64,000 nt of DNA from NCBI GenBank assembly GCA_010356995.1, contig ML996702.1, positions 679,609-743,608 of the forward strand, read 5' to 3'. A program made the translations under genes and the position numbers. The notes beneath the pieces are model-generated. The model saw nothing but the letters and a program-made list of their open reading frames with translations, had not been told where the DNA came from and searched no databases. How positions within the stretch are numbered: position 1 is the first letter of the stretch; each line of letters starts with the position of its first letter. This DNA comes from Trichodelitschia bisporula. Taxonomy: Eukaryota. Below are positions 36,310 through 49,247 of the stretch, piece after piece.

Positions 36310-38592
36310 ATGAGCAACTTCGAAGTCCGCAGCATAGCGAACAACATAACCCGTATGGGGCTTGCAGGTGGACGCCTCCGTCAAGCGATCTGCGAACATG
36401 TCACCTCGCTCAATTCAGCCGACAAGCGAGTGACCGGCACCGCTAAGAAGCTGCAAAGTGCGGTGCAGGCGGTGCGCGAGATGAGAACAGTGTTCGCGCA
36501 GTTGGAGAGCGCGAATTTGATTGGCAAGGGCGCGCTCGAGACGGGGAAGGGATATGGCCAATGAATGCGAGGAGATATTTGCTGAATTGCGGACGGAGGT
36601 CCTTAATTCGAGGTTGGTGCCGGTGCTGGAGGAGACTGCACCGCTAATACGTGCAGGAAAACGCAAGTGAACCTTTCCGCTCCGGGAGCAGAAGCTTGAG
36701 TTGCTGGATGTCCAGCTTGACAAGCTGAAGAGCACCGTCCGCAGCTTGCTGACAGTACTCGAGTATGCCAGGCCGCTCCGGGACGGGTACGTATACTTTT
36801 GCTGCTGAAGAAACTCTAAGTTGACGCAATGCAGGGTATCCTCGAGGAGAGCTGAAGTGCAGCAACTCATTCGCGAGAAAGAGCTCGCCGCCGCGCGGTA
36901 CGAAACGTCGTGGTCCGGCTACGACAGCATGATGGAGATGATGTCGAAGTAGGTGCTTGTTCATCTCTTAATTTGTGCTATGCGGAATTGCAGTGCCATG
37001 ACCAGGGAGCTTTCTACCGGCGGCATTCACGTTCCCACTCCAAGTGGGACTACTGCGAGCGGAGCTTTCAATTCAGCCTCAGTTGTGCCGCCGAAGGGGG
37101 ATGAGGAAGAAGACGACCCCCCCACCCTGGGAGACCTGGACGATTGCGTTTCGAGTCTTAAAGAATTCCACTCCGAAATGAAGAACATCAGGTACTATGC
37201 CGAGAATGACCCCGACCCCGATGCCGGCGAAACCGATGTTTTGCCTGAGTCATATGCGGAGCTACGGCAGGACACTCTCAAGGACATACGGAAATATTGC
37301 CACGGCCTTATCAAGGAGGATCCTCCTCCTTTGCCAACTAAAGGTCCCTCACCTCCTACCCGCCTGCCTAGCCTTGGGGCTCCCTCTTTGCCGACATCCC
37401 GTCCGGTATGTTCTATTTCCGAGGACGGAGACTTTCCCCGCCTCACCAAATCGGACGCGGGCTGTTGCATTGGGAAAGCTGAATGCTTCATCAACAAACT
37501 CAAGCGCATCCAGCACGATACTGAGGGGGATGCCGATGGGGACGATGATACTTTGTCTCCGGATGATGTGTACGATTTGCGTCGGGTTTGCCAGAGCATG
37601 CGGGAAAACTTGGACGATCTCCTTGGGACGGATGCTCCTGAGACGGATGCTCCTCAGACGGATGCTCCTATGACGGATCTGCCCCCATTGCCAGCTGAAC
37701 GTCTGTCGACTTCTATACCCGAGAACGGAGAAGTTATCACTCTCACCGGAGATGACCTGAACTTTTTCATTGCGGACGCTGAAAGCTTCGTAAACGATAT
37801 CAAGGACGTGAAGTACTTCGCTAGGTACGATGCCGATGTGGACGATGATACTTTGCCTCAGGGTTCCATGAAGAAATTGCGCCGGGTTTGCCAGGGCATG
37901 CGGCAAAAGATGGATAGTCTTCTTAGGACGGAACCTCCCAAGACGGAACCTCCTAAGACGGAACAGCCTAAGACAGATCTTCCCGCTTTGCCCACTTAAC
38001 GTCCCTCATCTCCTACCCGCCTTCCTAGTCTGGGGATTGCCTCTTTGCCGACATCTCATCCGCCACCTTTCACGCACGAGAACGAAGACTATAACCCCCT
38101 CAACCTAGATGACCTGGACATGTGCGTTGGGGAAGGTGAACAGTTCATCGACTCTATCAAGGGCGTCAAGGAATGGGCTAGGTGCGATCGCAATTCCGAT
38201 GCCGATGAAGATGACTATAAGACTTTGTCTCGAGATTCTTTGCACCAACTGCGCCAGGTTTGCAAGGACATGTGGAAAGAAATGGACGACATCATTCGCA
38301 GTACGCGTCGTCCTAAGAAGGCTAACCCCCCTATCCCGGCCGCAAGTTTCTCCACCACCTGTGATCACTGGTAGCCGGAAACGGGCAGCATCGAATGGGT
38401 AAGTGGATCATGACCTCTGCGGCATCTGCTAACCGGCCTGGGAACGGGAGCAACAACCCGCCCGGCCCGGTGGACCAGCTCCTGCGGCAGTGGACCAATG
38501 TGTGTGAGCGGCCTTCCGAAACGCGGGGGCGGACCAGTGTGCTTGAGGTGCCCTTTGACACGCGGCCGCGGTTGAGGCAAAGACTGAATTGA
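36310..38592 (+). pseudogene. Fungal STAND N-terminal (HeLo-like/SesA-like) domain protein with four ~65-aa internal repeats; disrupted
   Basis: MSNFEVRSIANNITRMGLAGGRL...ADKRV...ECEEIFAEL...K*TFPLREQKLELL..QLDKLKSTV..LL.VLEYAR; C-terminal VDQLLRQWTNV. Disablements: +1 frameshift at 36549-36551, TGA at 36668 and TAA at 37997. Confidence 0.72.
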
Positions 38593-38658
38593 GGTAATGT
38601 TTCATCTCGAGTAACCAGGGAATATGTATCTGTATTATTTCTACTCCATTTACCAAAT

Positions 38659-39542
38659 TTACAGCGAAGTGAACACCTTGATGGCTTCTTCAGCCGTAGC
38701 CTTTGCGCTTTGCGGATTGACCCCAGTTACGATGCGGGCATCAGTCTGCGTGAAGCAATCCCAGGGCCCGGAGGGCGGAACATCTGCTTTTGTAAGCTTT
38801 GACACCCAACCTCCGATAGCACTCACATGTTGCGCCAGCAGCGGCAAATGCGTCTTCGACCAATGGCTTTTTCCAACTCTTGATCTTCTCCATGACTCCG
38901 AGCTGGTCCTCGCCCTTGTTCGTGAAGCCAGTGACCTTCTTGCCAGCAATGATGGGCTTCGAAGTCGCTTGATCGATGATGCCAGGCAGGATTGCCGGAC
39001 CATGACACCTGCCGGGTCAGCCACAAGTCTTGTGTGTCAGGAGACTTACACGGCGGCGATGACACGGTTGTCAGCATACATCCGCGCCGCAATATCATGG
39101 AGGCCTGTGCGGTGAGCACCGCCCGATCACATATCGAGCCACTCACCCTTCGCGTCCGGGAAATCCACTAGCGTGGCGTGCCCACCCGCCGCAAAGAAAA
39201 TACCGTACTTTGCAGTCAGCGACGTCGAAATACAAAATGCGCACCTACATCGTTCCAATTGACATCCGCCGGCTTGCGCAGCCCATCCAGCTTCTTGCGG
39301 AACCCACTCTGTTCGTTTTCCCACGTGGCGCGGTCTTCGCCCTTAAGCCAATCCTCCTGAATTGAGTTCCAGTCCGGACGGTACTCGCCCGTCTCCGAAG
39401 CGAAGTCGACTTCGAAGCCGGCGGCCTGGAAGGCGTTGAACGGGTGCAGAGCTTCGGTTATGAAGAGCCCGCTTTCGTGTCCGCCGGGGTACATCTCCGG
39501 GTGTGCGGAGCTCACGACGAGGAGAACGCGCTTTGGTGCCAT
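38659..39542 (-). CDS. DJ-1/PfpI family glutathione-independent glyoxalase (Hsp31/Glx3-like)
   Basis: SGLFITEALHP, GGHATLVDFP, AVCHG (catalytic Cys, after splicing), KKVTGF, RIVTGVNPQSA; four introns. Confidence 0.92.
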
Positions 39543-40669
39543 GGTGATTTACTAATTGATGCTCAAAGATGTCGAGTGAAGATGCTTCGTCTGGAACTGG
39601 GTGATTCTGAAGCTGGTGTTGAAGTGCGCGATGAGCTGACTGGTACGTCATCGATACGTCAGGGTCTGCGGGAGCGGCCACGTTCCGCACGTGTTACCCG
39701 CGAGTGGCTCGGGCCGGCTACCGTGGTTCCTTCGCCATACCCGCCCGGCCCCGGGTCTGGACGACCCGTCGAGCTGCGATGTCAGATGTCAACATTTACG
39801 GTCCATCGGCAATTCTGGCACTATCGCCTACCACCATCAGCAACGTCGAAACCTGGGGTTGAGACTCGGCGCTATGTTGACATGTGGGCCGGTGTCGCAC
39901 ACCCTACCAAATTGAGATGACCGCCTGAGGCAATAGGCGCGTGGCCCGGGTTGAAAAATCGCGTGTAAGAGAATGCCCTATATTGGCTCGGCCTTCTTAC
40001 CTTGATTGCTTCATCTGCCTGCAGGTGTCAATTTCGCGTCCTGGTCGGCTACTAGTTCCGCTCCCTGTCGCCTTCAGTTTAAGTGTCGATTTCTTGGCAA
40101 GCCGCCTTGTATCCCGTTCGCAGCACGAGGCTCGGACGTCAGGTCCGGAGAAATACCTGTCAGTGGCGGGATGCGGCCTCAACAACGCCTCTCGTGAATG
40201 TCGCCAATGTCGCCAATGTCGAAGCGAGGGCACGGCGTACGCGTGCCTCTTTCCCATGTGCAAGTGTGCCCTAACGCCTACGGCCGTTTCTCCTGCAGAG
40301 GCACACCCGCGAGATGGGATTGTGCCCCGGATGCTTAGCTACTGTGCCGGATAACTCGGTTTAGGGCTTAGGGCGTTCCAACCGCCTACTATTCAAACCC
40401 TAGGAACGGGATTTTGGCGGGGGTTAAGCGTGGCCCGGTTCCGAAAAAAACACTTCCAAGCCACGCCCGTCGTGCCAGTGCGGGCCCAACCGAGCAAGAT
40501 ATATGGCCGATCACTCCGTGGCAGGCCGCGTTGACGGTGGGGCTCCGCTGCTAGCGGCGGTGGGCCGGCAAGCGTGCGGGCAAGTAATGGGACTCTGTCT
40601 TAAGACGGGACGGCGCCACTGGCGGGGAGTGTGATTGTTTGAGCATCGGCCTTGCGCTTCTGAGTTGTA

Positions 40670-42561
40670 ATGGTGCGCGTCTTCTGGTTCCCGCTGCCTG
40701 AATGGCTGCGGCTGCTGCTGCTTGTCAGGCTGCTTGCCTATGCGGTGGCGATGCCCGCGCCGCAGCCGGCGGAGCAGGACCTCCTCGCCTACCTCTCTAC
40801 TGCGGCGATGCTGCCGGACGATGACCCGTTCTACCACGCGCCGTCGACGTTCATAGACAATCCGCCCGGGACGATACTCCGCCACCGCGTGCTGCCGGGG
40901 AACATCACGCTCGACAACAAGAACCCCATCAAGCCGAAGGCGGCGTGGCAGCTGCTGTACCGGTCTCAGAACAGCGTTGGCGCGCCGTCCGTCAACGTCG
41001 TCACTGTCATTGAGCCCTTTAATGCGAAGCCTAAGGACCTATTGTCGTATTCTTATTTCTCCGTACGTGGGATGTCTTCGCGGAGGATGCAAGCTGACCA
41101 GCGTAGGATGCCGCGTATAATGGGTACGCCCTCCGCATGCCTTTGAGGCCCCAACTGATGTCCGTAGCTGCAACCCCTCCGTCACCCTGCAAGTTGGCAC
41201 CCGGGAGGATAACACCTTCAACCAACTGCAGACAGCGATCCTCGTGGAGGCCCTCTCACTAGGCTACTACGTGAGCGTCGCCGACTTCGGCGGCATCCAA
41301 GCTGCCTTCTGTACGCCTCCCCTTCTGCTGCTCCAAACTTCACTAACCCCACAGCGTCCGGCCTCCAAGCCGGCTACGCAACCCTCGACTCCCTCCGCGC
41401 CGTCTACCAATCCGGCAACATAACCGGCATCGACAGCAAGCCCATAACCACACTGCACGGCTATTCCTCCGGCGCACAAGCCGTCGGCTGGGCAACCGAG
41501 CTCCACCCAACCTACGCGCCAGAGCTCGAAATCGCCGGCGCCGCCTTCGGGGGGCTCGTGCCAAACCTCAGCGCCTTGCTCGAGATGCGTACGTCTCGCC
41601 CCCCCTTCCCGACTCCCCTAACCCTCCCAGCCATCTACCAAAGCGGCGAGCGCGCCTTCCTCGGCCCACCCGTCATCCTCGGTCTCTCCCACGACTACGC
41701 CAACCTCTCCTCCTGGCTCGACGACAACCTACTCCCCAACCGGTCGGCCGAGTATCACATGGGCGAGCGGGAATGCATCGACGGCAACACCGCGCGCTTC
41801 GCCAAGAAAAATCTCGGGCTTTTCTTCCGCCACGGGTACAGGAGTATCTTCGACGAAGTCCCCATGAGCGTGGTGCGCAGCACGGGACTCATGGGCGAGC
41901 GGTCCACGCCCACGATCCCGTGGTACCTGTACCATGTACGTACCTACTATGTGCCCCGTGGCCCCGGCTTGGCGCCGCGTGGGTGGTGCAATTTGTATCC
42001 TGGCTAATGGCGGCAGGCGGCGGGGGACGATGTCAGTCCGCAGAATTTGACGGATAGGGTGGTACAGAAGCACTGCGCCAACGGGGCAGATATCCTGGTG
42101 CGTTCTCCCACAAACCAGATCCTCATCCGGGGCCCGGACTGATGACGCGTGTAGTATGAGCGGAACCCGTTGCCGCTGAATCACCGGTATGAGTGTATAT
42201 TTGGTGAGTGCCTCGTCATCGCTTGGCATTTGCGAACTGCTCGCATACATGCCGCGAACTGTTCACATGCGTTCCCCGGATGCTAACACACCCAGGCATC
42301 ACGGGCGCATACCGCTGGATGCGCGACCGCCACGAGGGCAAGCCCGTCAAGCGCGGGTGCAGCACCGTCAACGTCAGTGCCGAGTCTCTCAAGGGTACGG
42401 TGCAGAGTCTCTTGGTTAAGGGATTGCTGCACAGCCTGTACGCGTATTTGGGGTGGGACATTGGGCCCGATACGCCGAAGGTGCGGCTCGCTGAACTACG
42501 AGGCGAGCCTGCGGGGGTGGAGGCGAGAGCGAGGGTTGGTGTTAAATTTGGCCGCCGGTGA
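40670..42561 (+). CDS. Secretory lipase (LIP family)
   Basis: Hydrophobic N-terminus, PDDDPFY..P, PPGTILRHR, AWQLLYRS, nucleophile elbow HGYSSGA, YAPELEIAGAAFGG; many short introns including a 17-nt micro-exon. Confidence 0.9.
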
Positions 42562-42937
42562 GGGGGGTAATTGGGACGTGCGCGGCGCGGGGTGGTGTAC
42601 ATATTGAGGCTCGGTGGGGTGTGTGTATATAGTGCTCAATCTGAGGCGGGCATGTGATGTCTGGATTTGATTGCTGGACCAGCGTTTCGGCCTTGCGGCG
42701 CGGCTTTACTTTTCGGGTTTACTGGCACTTTAGATGATGGGCCGAGCCTTGGCTGAGTGTTGGAGATACGATTGCGCAACCACATGTAAAGACATTCGCC
42801 GGAAACGCCTTTTGTCTACCCGTGATCGACCGACCCGACTACCCGTTACCCGCGACATCCCCGAGCAGCCGACGACCCAACCCCGACCACACCGCACCCT
42901 CGGCCCGCATATCCAACCCGCTCCCGCCCAAACAACC

Positions 42938-44302
42938 TCACTCCTTCTTCCCAAGCACCTCCCTAATCTTAACCATAAACTCATGCTCCCGTCCAACCCA
43001 CACCCCCAACCCCACCTCCGCCTTCCCAGCCCACAACCTCGCTTTCTCCATATCTCCAAGCCGCTCATACTCTATCGCAACTAATAATCTCGCCAGCCCC
43101 GCCGCACCCCACAATCTTTCCCGCTCATGCAGTTTCACCAACTTCTGCGCTTTCATTGGGTCGGGTGGGCGGCCTTCGGCTGGGGCTGTGAGTTCGGCGA
43201 TCATCTTCTCGATCTGGGCGAGGCGCAGATCGGAGTTTAGGGTATCGCGCGCGGAGGATGTGCATGCGGCGCAGGTGCAGGCGAAGCTCCATTGCTCGGC
43301 TAGCTGCGCGCGCCGGGCGGTGCTATTGAGGTAGGGGGCGAGGTCTGCTGTGTTAGCTGGCAGGCTCGAGTGGAGAGGGAGGGGGGGACTTACATGACAC
43401 GGTGATTTCTTCGCCTGGTTTTACGGGCACGAGGGTGCTGACTTCCAGCATGAGCTCGTCGGGGGAGAACGCAAACGCCGCGCTAGCCACAAATTAGCTC
43501 CATAAAGGAGAAGAGAAATGGGGAGGACTCACTTCGGCCGACAATCGTGATTGAACCGCGCACTCTCCGGCACGACCACCTGCCACCAATACACGCTCCG
43601 CCCCAGCCTTGCCAAGAAACTATTCGTCTCGACCCGGCCTTCGACGCCGTCGCCCACCTGGCTCCAAAACACCTCTTGACTTTTCGCCGGTAGCCTTGAT
43701 ACTGCAACGTTCAGCAGTGTCTGCCGGTCGTCCCGCGCCACGGCTTGCAATATCGGGTCCTGCACGCCGACAACCGGTCCGAGGCGCTGCAGCAGCGTCG
43801 CGCCCGGAATAGACGCAGTGGCTACGACGCCGCGGCCCTTCGGGCCTTCCATATCCCTCCATGCAGACATTTCCTCGCCCGGTTGGGCACCTTCCTCCCC
43901 GCCCCTCCGCCATCCACCAGCGAGCAACGCATCGCCGACCTGTCCCGGCACCCCAATCAAACTAATCCCGCGCCCGCTGGCAAAGCGCGCATTCGTATAC
44001 ACGCAAAACCCGTTCTCGGCCTCGATGCTTTCGAGGCAGAAGGGTTCGTGGGTCCAGGAGGGGGGGGAGGAAGTATAGAAGACTGCGGCGACGAAGGGGG
44101 GCGGGGGAGTGAAGGAGACGGCTTCGCCGGCGGTGGTGGAGATGGGGGAGGAGGTGAAGAAGCCGTCGGATGGGTCGGAGGTGCTTTGGAAGGCGCGGGG
44201 GATGAGGGCGGGGATGGAGCAGGTCTGCGGGGAGAGGAGGTGCAGTGCGCTGGCGAGGCTGGGGAGCAGGCTGAAGCCTGGGGTGAGGTGGGTGAGGCGC
44301 AT
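42938..44302 (-). CDS. SET-domain protein (SMYD/Set5-like fungal type)
   Basis: FASGRGIS, PKGRGVVAT, ARFNHDCRPN (across an intron), GEEITVSY, WSFACTCAAC post-SET motif, helical C-terminus. Confidence 0.88.
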
Positions 44303-44845
44303 TATTGGCTCGGCATGGTCTTTTCCTTCCGGTGGATTTTGACGGACGACGGTGGTGGGCGATCGATAGGAATGATCGCCGGCTAGGCAAGAAAACCTGG
44401 AGCTTCCTCGCGGCGGCTCACGCGGAGGATACATATGGCGGGGCGCTGGGGGCGGGCGTACGGACGGGACTAGAGGGTTGTCTATATCAAACTGAAGCAC
44501 GGGCGGGGACCGTGCGTGGGGGGGCACTGGGTGGTGGGGGGCAGATCGAGCGATAGAGTGCGGAGAAGATGCAAGACTGCTTTTCGATGGTTGCCCGTTC
44601 GGGTATGGAGCCTGGAGTCGTTCCACCAGTGGCTTGGTTCGGTTTGTGGGGATGTCGGGGAGGAGGGTGGGTTGCGGATGGGAGGGGGGTATGCAGATGA
44701 GGCTGAGCCCGGCACGCCCGGTTGAGAGGCGGATCATAAATTGCCCTATCCAGAACCGCGAATTCAAGTCGCTTAAGGAATTCAGGCGCTCATAACATCA
44801 TAAGTCATCCAATCATCGTCGTCCCATCGCAAGCTCTTCCCATAT

Positions 44846-47800
44846 TCAAACACCAAACCCTAACTCGTCAGCCTCGCATGCCTGGAGCAAGATGCACGAA
44901 CTTACGTTCTTCATCCAACAGAGTACTCTCCTTCCAACTCTCCTCTATCCACGCCGGACTCACGATATGCGGCACACGTGCCCGCCTGTCAAGGTCAGTC
45001 ATCGCTCGTTTGAAGCGCTGGAACGTGAAACCTACCCCGATATTTGTTTCCGCAACTCCTTTACCCGTGTCGTCTTGGCGCACATGACGTGCGTGACATC
45101 CTCACCCAGCTCGTCCTCCACACGCCCACCAGCGAAGGCGACGATATTGCGCGTAAGCAGATATGCCAATCCCTCAGGCGTGAGCACATCCTCCTCCGGC
45201 CGATCAAAATACACAACGTAACCGCGGAACAGCCACCCAGGCGCGTCATACAAATCGATCCCATGCTCCCTCAACTGCTCCGCAACAACCTCCGCATCCC
45301 CCATCGCCCCAGGATCGTCCGGCATACCATCAATAATCTCACCCAACTCCGCGCCCTCAACATCACGGTAGTAACTATCCCCCCACTCATCCACCGCCCC
45401 CTCAATAACATCCCCATCCCGCGCAACATGCAGCATATGCCTCGGCTCAAGCGGGAGCAGGAAACTCGGCAGCCCCGTAGTAGCCTCGTGCTGCGCGACG
45501 CAATGCTCGACCCAAGCGGGCCGGACGACGTTGTGTTTCCCCGCTGCGATAATGGAGCTAACCTTCACGGTCTTGCGCTCGCCGATACAGATTACGTCCG
45601 GGGTTGTGTTCTGCGTCTGCACGATGGTGCCGCCGTGGGATTTGATCAGGGCCTCGAGCTGGGCTTTTGTTTTTTTGATCGGTTTTGCGGCGTCGGTAAG
45701 CACGAAGAAGGTCAGGCCGTCGAAGATCTTGCTCGCTGGGGCGCCGTAGGGGGTTTGCACGCGCTCGTCGCCGCCGACGACTACGAGGGGCTTCTTGCGC
45801 GAGCGCACCTGCCGCCTTTGGCGGCGCTCGTTGTCGACTTCGAATTGCTTCTCCTTCTTCTCTGCCTCAGCGCTGGCCTGCAACTTCGTGAATTCTATGA
45901 CCGAGAGCGCAGTACTCCAGTCCTTATCCAGGCGTAGGCGCTTAAAGCGCGGGAAGCGCAATGTGAGACCCATGGGAAACTGGTCCGTCGTAATCACGGA
46001 CGCGGCTTTGATGCAAACGACGAGGCTGTCCGCGGGCTTGATCCACTCGTCAGGGCGCTCGAATTGCTTTTGGCCACCTCCGAGTTCGATATACGTGCTC
46101 GGCGGGCGCTTCGGATCCCATGGCTGCCACTTCCCGTCCGTGCGGTGCCGGATCTCCGTGTAGTCGGCGACACTCATCCCGGCGCCGACTTTGCAGAACG
46201 AGTAGCAGAACTGCGTGTCCTTGTCGGGATTATCAAGTCGCAAGCCGCACAGGTAACTGGAGTGGAAGCCCCCCCGGCTGCCGCTCCCGTAGTACCCGCC
46301 GATGATGACCAGGTCGAGCGATTCGCCGAACTCGGTCATGTACTCTGGCTTGACTTTGATCCAGTCGTCGTTGCGCTCGTTGAGCCGGTAGCTGCTGCGC
46401 GGGTTCTTGATCACTAGGCCCTCGCTCGCCTCCGCGACGACTTTCCGCAGGAGGGGATCGATCTCCCCCGCCGAGCGCGCGACGGTGTACGGGTGTATTT
46501 CGAGCCGGCGGTGCACGGGGTTGACAGCGCTAGCCAGCGCGCGGCGCCGATCCCGCAACGTGTACGCCGCGATCGGCGTGTCGTTCAGCAGCAAGCAATC
46601 GAAGACAACGTACACGGGCCGCTGGCCGCCGGCGTAGGGATTGCGCTGCTCAGCCAGGGCGGCGGTTTTGAGCGTGCCGAAGGGGACGATGGTGTCGGTT
46701 TCTACGTCCCAGGTGATCATTTCGCCATCCAGAATGATATTGCGGACTCCCGGTTCAAACGCGGACTTGAGATGCCGCGTGCTGGCGCTGTTCTCGTCTT
46801 CGAAGTGAGACCCGTAGAGATAGGTGTAGTCCTTAGCCTTTCGCGACCAGAAGCCGAAGCGCTTGCCCCCCGGAACCGAGGGGTCGGTGATCATGTGCAG
46901 CTGCATGCGCTCGCCGTCTAGTTTCTCTTCAATCCAGAAGTCCGGCTCCTGGGGGGTGGGTTTCATTTTCTCGACGATCTTTTCGAAGGAGTGGATTTGG
47001 AAAGCGGCGAGTTGGGGCTGGAAGCACTGCATGAGCGCGATGTCGCAGTGCTCGCCCTCGAGGCGCAGAGCCGGGTCATACAGCTCCCAGCACACGCGAC
47101 GCAGGCTCGACGAGACAGCGAACAAAATCTCAGCGTCCGGGTGCCAGGCGTCGAAGAAGGAGCGCTCCGTTGCACCGACCTTGAGTTGGCGGAGGATGAT
47201 GCGGATGAGCCACATCATTTCCTCGGGGTTCATGGCGAGGTAGAAATGCTGGAAAATCGGGTACTGCTCGTCCTCCTTGCTCACAAAACTCAGCCGATCG
47301 AGCATCTCGTTCACCTGCGCGATCGTCATACTCCCCACCTGCGTGCGGATCGGCCGCTTGGAAATAACCTCGTAGCAGCGCAGCGCAAAGTCCCCCGCCG
47401 TCTTGCTAGCGTTGCCGCCGGGGACGCGCCAGTTCATCAGCGCGTGCGCATCCTCGCTCGTCTTGTTAATCCCCAGGACGCGGACGAGCAGCTTCCCGAT
47501 CGTCTTTTCTTTCATGCCGTACATGGCGCGATCACGGTCCTTCTCGGGGATAATGAGTCGAAAGGCGGGGTAGATATCCGGGCCGACCTGCTGGCGCCAG
47601 CGGGAGATGAACCGGTCGATAATGCTTCGCTTTGCTTCATGGGGCGTTTGGTTGGCCCGTCCGTGCGGGCCTTGTTTACGGCGAGCGACGACGGGCCCTG
47701 GGGCTTTTTTGCGGTTTTCATTAAGGGGGTTGAAGAGCGTGGTGAAGAGCTCGTGGAAGGGGAGGGTTTTGTGGGAGTTGTGCGGGCGGTTGGGGTATCT

Positions 47801-47932
47801 ACTTCGTTAGCTATGGAGGGATTGAGGTGGTTATGCAAACTTTTTGTCTAAATCGGCCTGCATCTCCGCCTCGCCGTACTGAATCCGCTCCTCCTCCACA
47901 GCCTCCGCATCCTGCATCGTGACGTCCGGCAT
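44846..47932 (-). CDS. LIG4: DNA ligase IV (NHEJ) with tandem BRCT domains
   Basis: TLPFHELF, YGMKEK, IEEKLDGERMQLH (adenylation Lys), ILDGEM, EGLVIK, WIKVKPEY, TLRFPRFKRLR; two BRCT domains. Confidence 0.97.
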
Positions 47933-48128
47933 GGCTGCGATGCTGGTGGTGGGGTTGTAAATAACACGTTCCCCGCATCTCAGGTCAAAGTGGCGCCTAA
48001 TCGCGTCCGCGCGCGAGCACATGACATTCCCACCCTAAGCGCACAGACATCATCAAGCTTTCCGGAAGCTCGACTTCAACACCAAAAGCTCCCACGTCTG
48101 GTATCTCCACCCCACATCTCCTCCCAAA

Positions 48129-48973
48129 ATGCCCCCCTTCACCCCGCGCCTCGCCCTCTTCCGCGTCTTCATCCTCCCCCTCCTCCCCCCCTCCCCACCC
48201 TCCCTAACCCTCCACCGCTCCGCAAGCAAATACGCCGAAAAACTCGCGCGCCGCGCCGCAGAGGGGCAATTACCGTATGCCCCTTCCCCCCCTCAATTCC
48301 CACTACTGACGTCTGTAGATCCAAGCTCCGGCCCCCGCCGACGCTCAAGACCGCCAATGCTCCCCGGTTTCCGCGCGATGAAGAGATTCATTCCGTGTAT
48401 ATTGGGCTCGTGGATAGGCAAGGCGAGTACCACGACTCGGTCCGACTGCGGGATGTACTCCGCGGACTGGACCGGGTGAGCGAGCATTTAGTCATGGTCC
48501 AGGAGCCCGAGCCAGGCACCATGGACCTGCCCACCTGCCGCATCTACACCAAAACCGAGTTGCGCGAGAAGGAGCTAGGCCGTCTGGAAGCGGCAAAACG
48601 GCAAGCCAAGACGCAGCGCTCAGGCAAGAAAATCGAATTCGGGTGGGCGATTGCGCCCGCCGATCTAGAAATGCGGATTAGGCAGTTTATTGGGTTTCTG
48701 AAGGAGGGGCGGAAGGTGGAGGTGCTGCTGGCGCGGAAGAGGGGGGCGCGGAGGGTGGATTTGGAGGAATGTGAGGGGTTGATTGGGAGGTTGAGGGGGG
48801 AGGCGAGGGGGGCGGGGGCGAGGGAGGAGAAGAATCCGGATGGGAAGTTGGGGGTGCATTATTTGATGTTTTTTGAGGGGAGGGAGGCGAAGGAGGAGAA
48901 GGGGAGGGGTAAAGAGGCGATGGTCGGGGAGGATGCTGATTCGGTGAAGCAAGAGTTGCCTCCGGCTATATAG
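48129..48973 (+). CDS. Mitochondrial translation initiation factor IF-3
   Basis: Presequence-like N-terminus; PRDEEI, PTCRI, KKIEFGWAIAPADL..R....FLKEGRKVEV; one intron. Confidence 0.8.
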
Positions 48974-49247
48974 GTACCCGTTGAACTTCGATGTGAAAAC
49001 TCAATAGACCGCGCCACATCCCAAAGCGTATGGCAAAGCATCATGCTGCGTGCCGGTTCCATTCTTCCGTTTCTAAGGAATCCCCGGGAGAATATATGGG
49101 TCACTAATGGCAGTCGGGAATCAAGGGGAGTAACCGAGATACCATGACGAAGGAGATGCGATATTTCATCCCCTGCAGCTACCATATCATATGCGAGTGA
49201 AGTACAGTACTCATAACCACAATGTACATATATCTTCGTGTAGCCTT

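Noticed and set aside
40360..40375. TTAGGG x2 as a telomere
   Set aside because: Only two interrupted units in an intergenic region; at most a factor-binding site.
44303..44767. N-terminal extension of the SET ORF in the ORF track
   Set aside because: Starts at a non-ATG codon and is Pro-rich, UTR-like; the ATG at 44302 is more plausible but not proven.
45044..47851. Long plus-strand ORFs overlapping LIG4 (and similar ones opposite PMI, MFS, uL4m and BRE2)
   Set aside because: Antisense shadows caused by GC-rich codon usage of the real genes.
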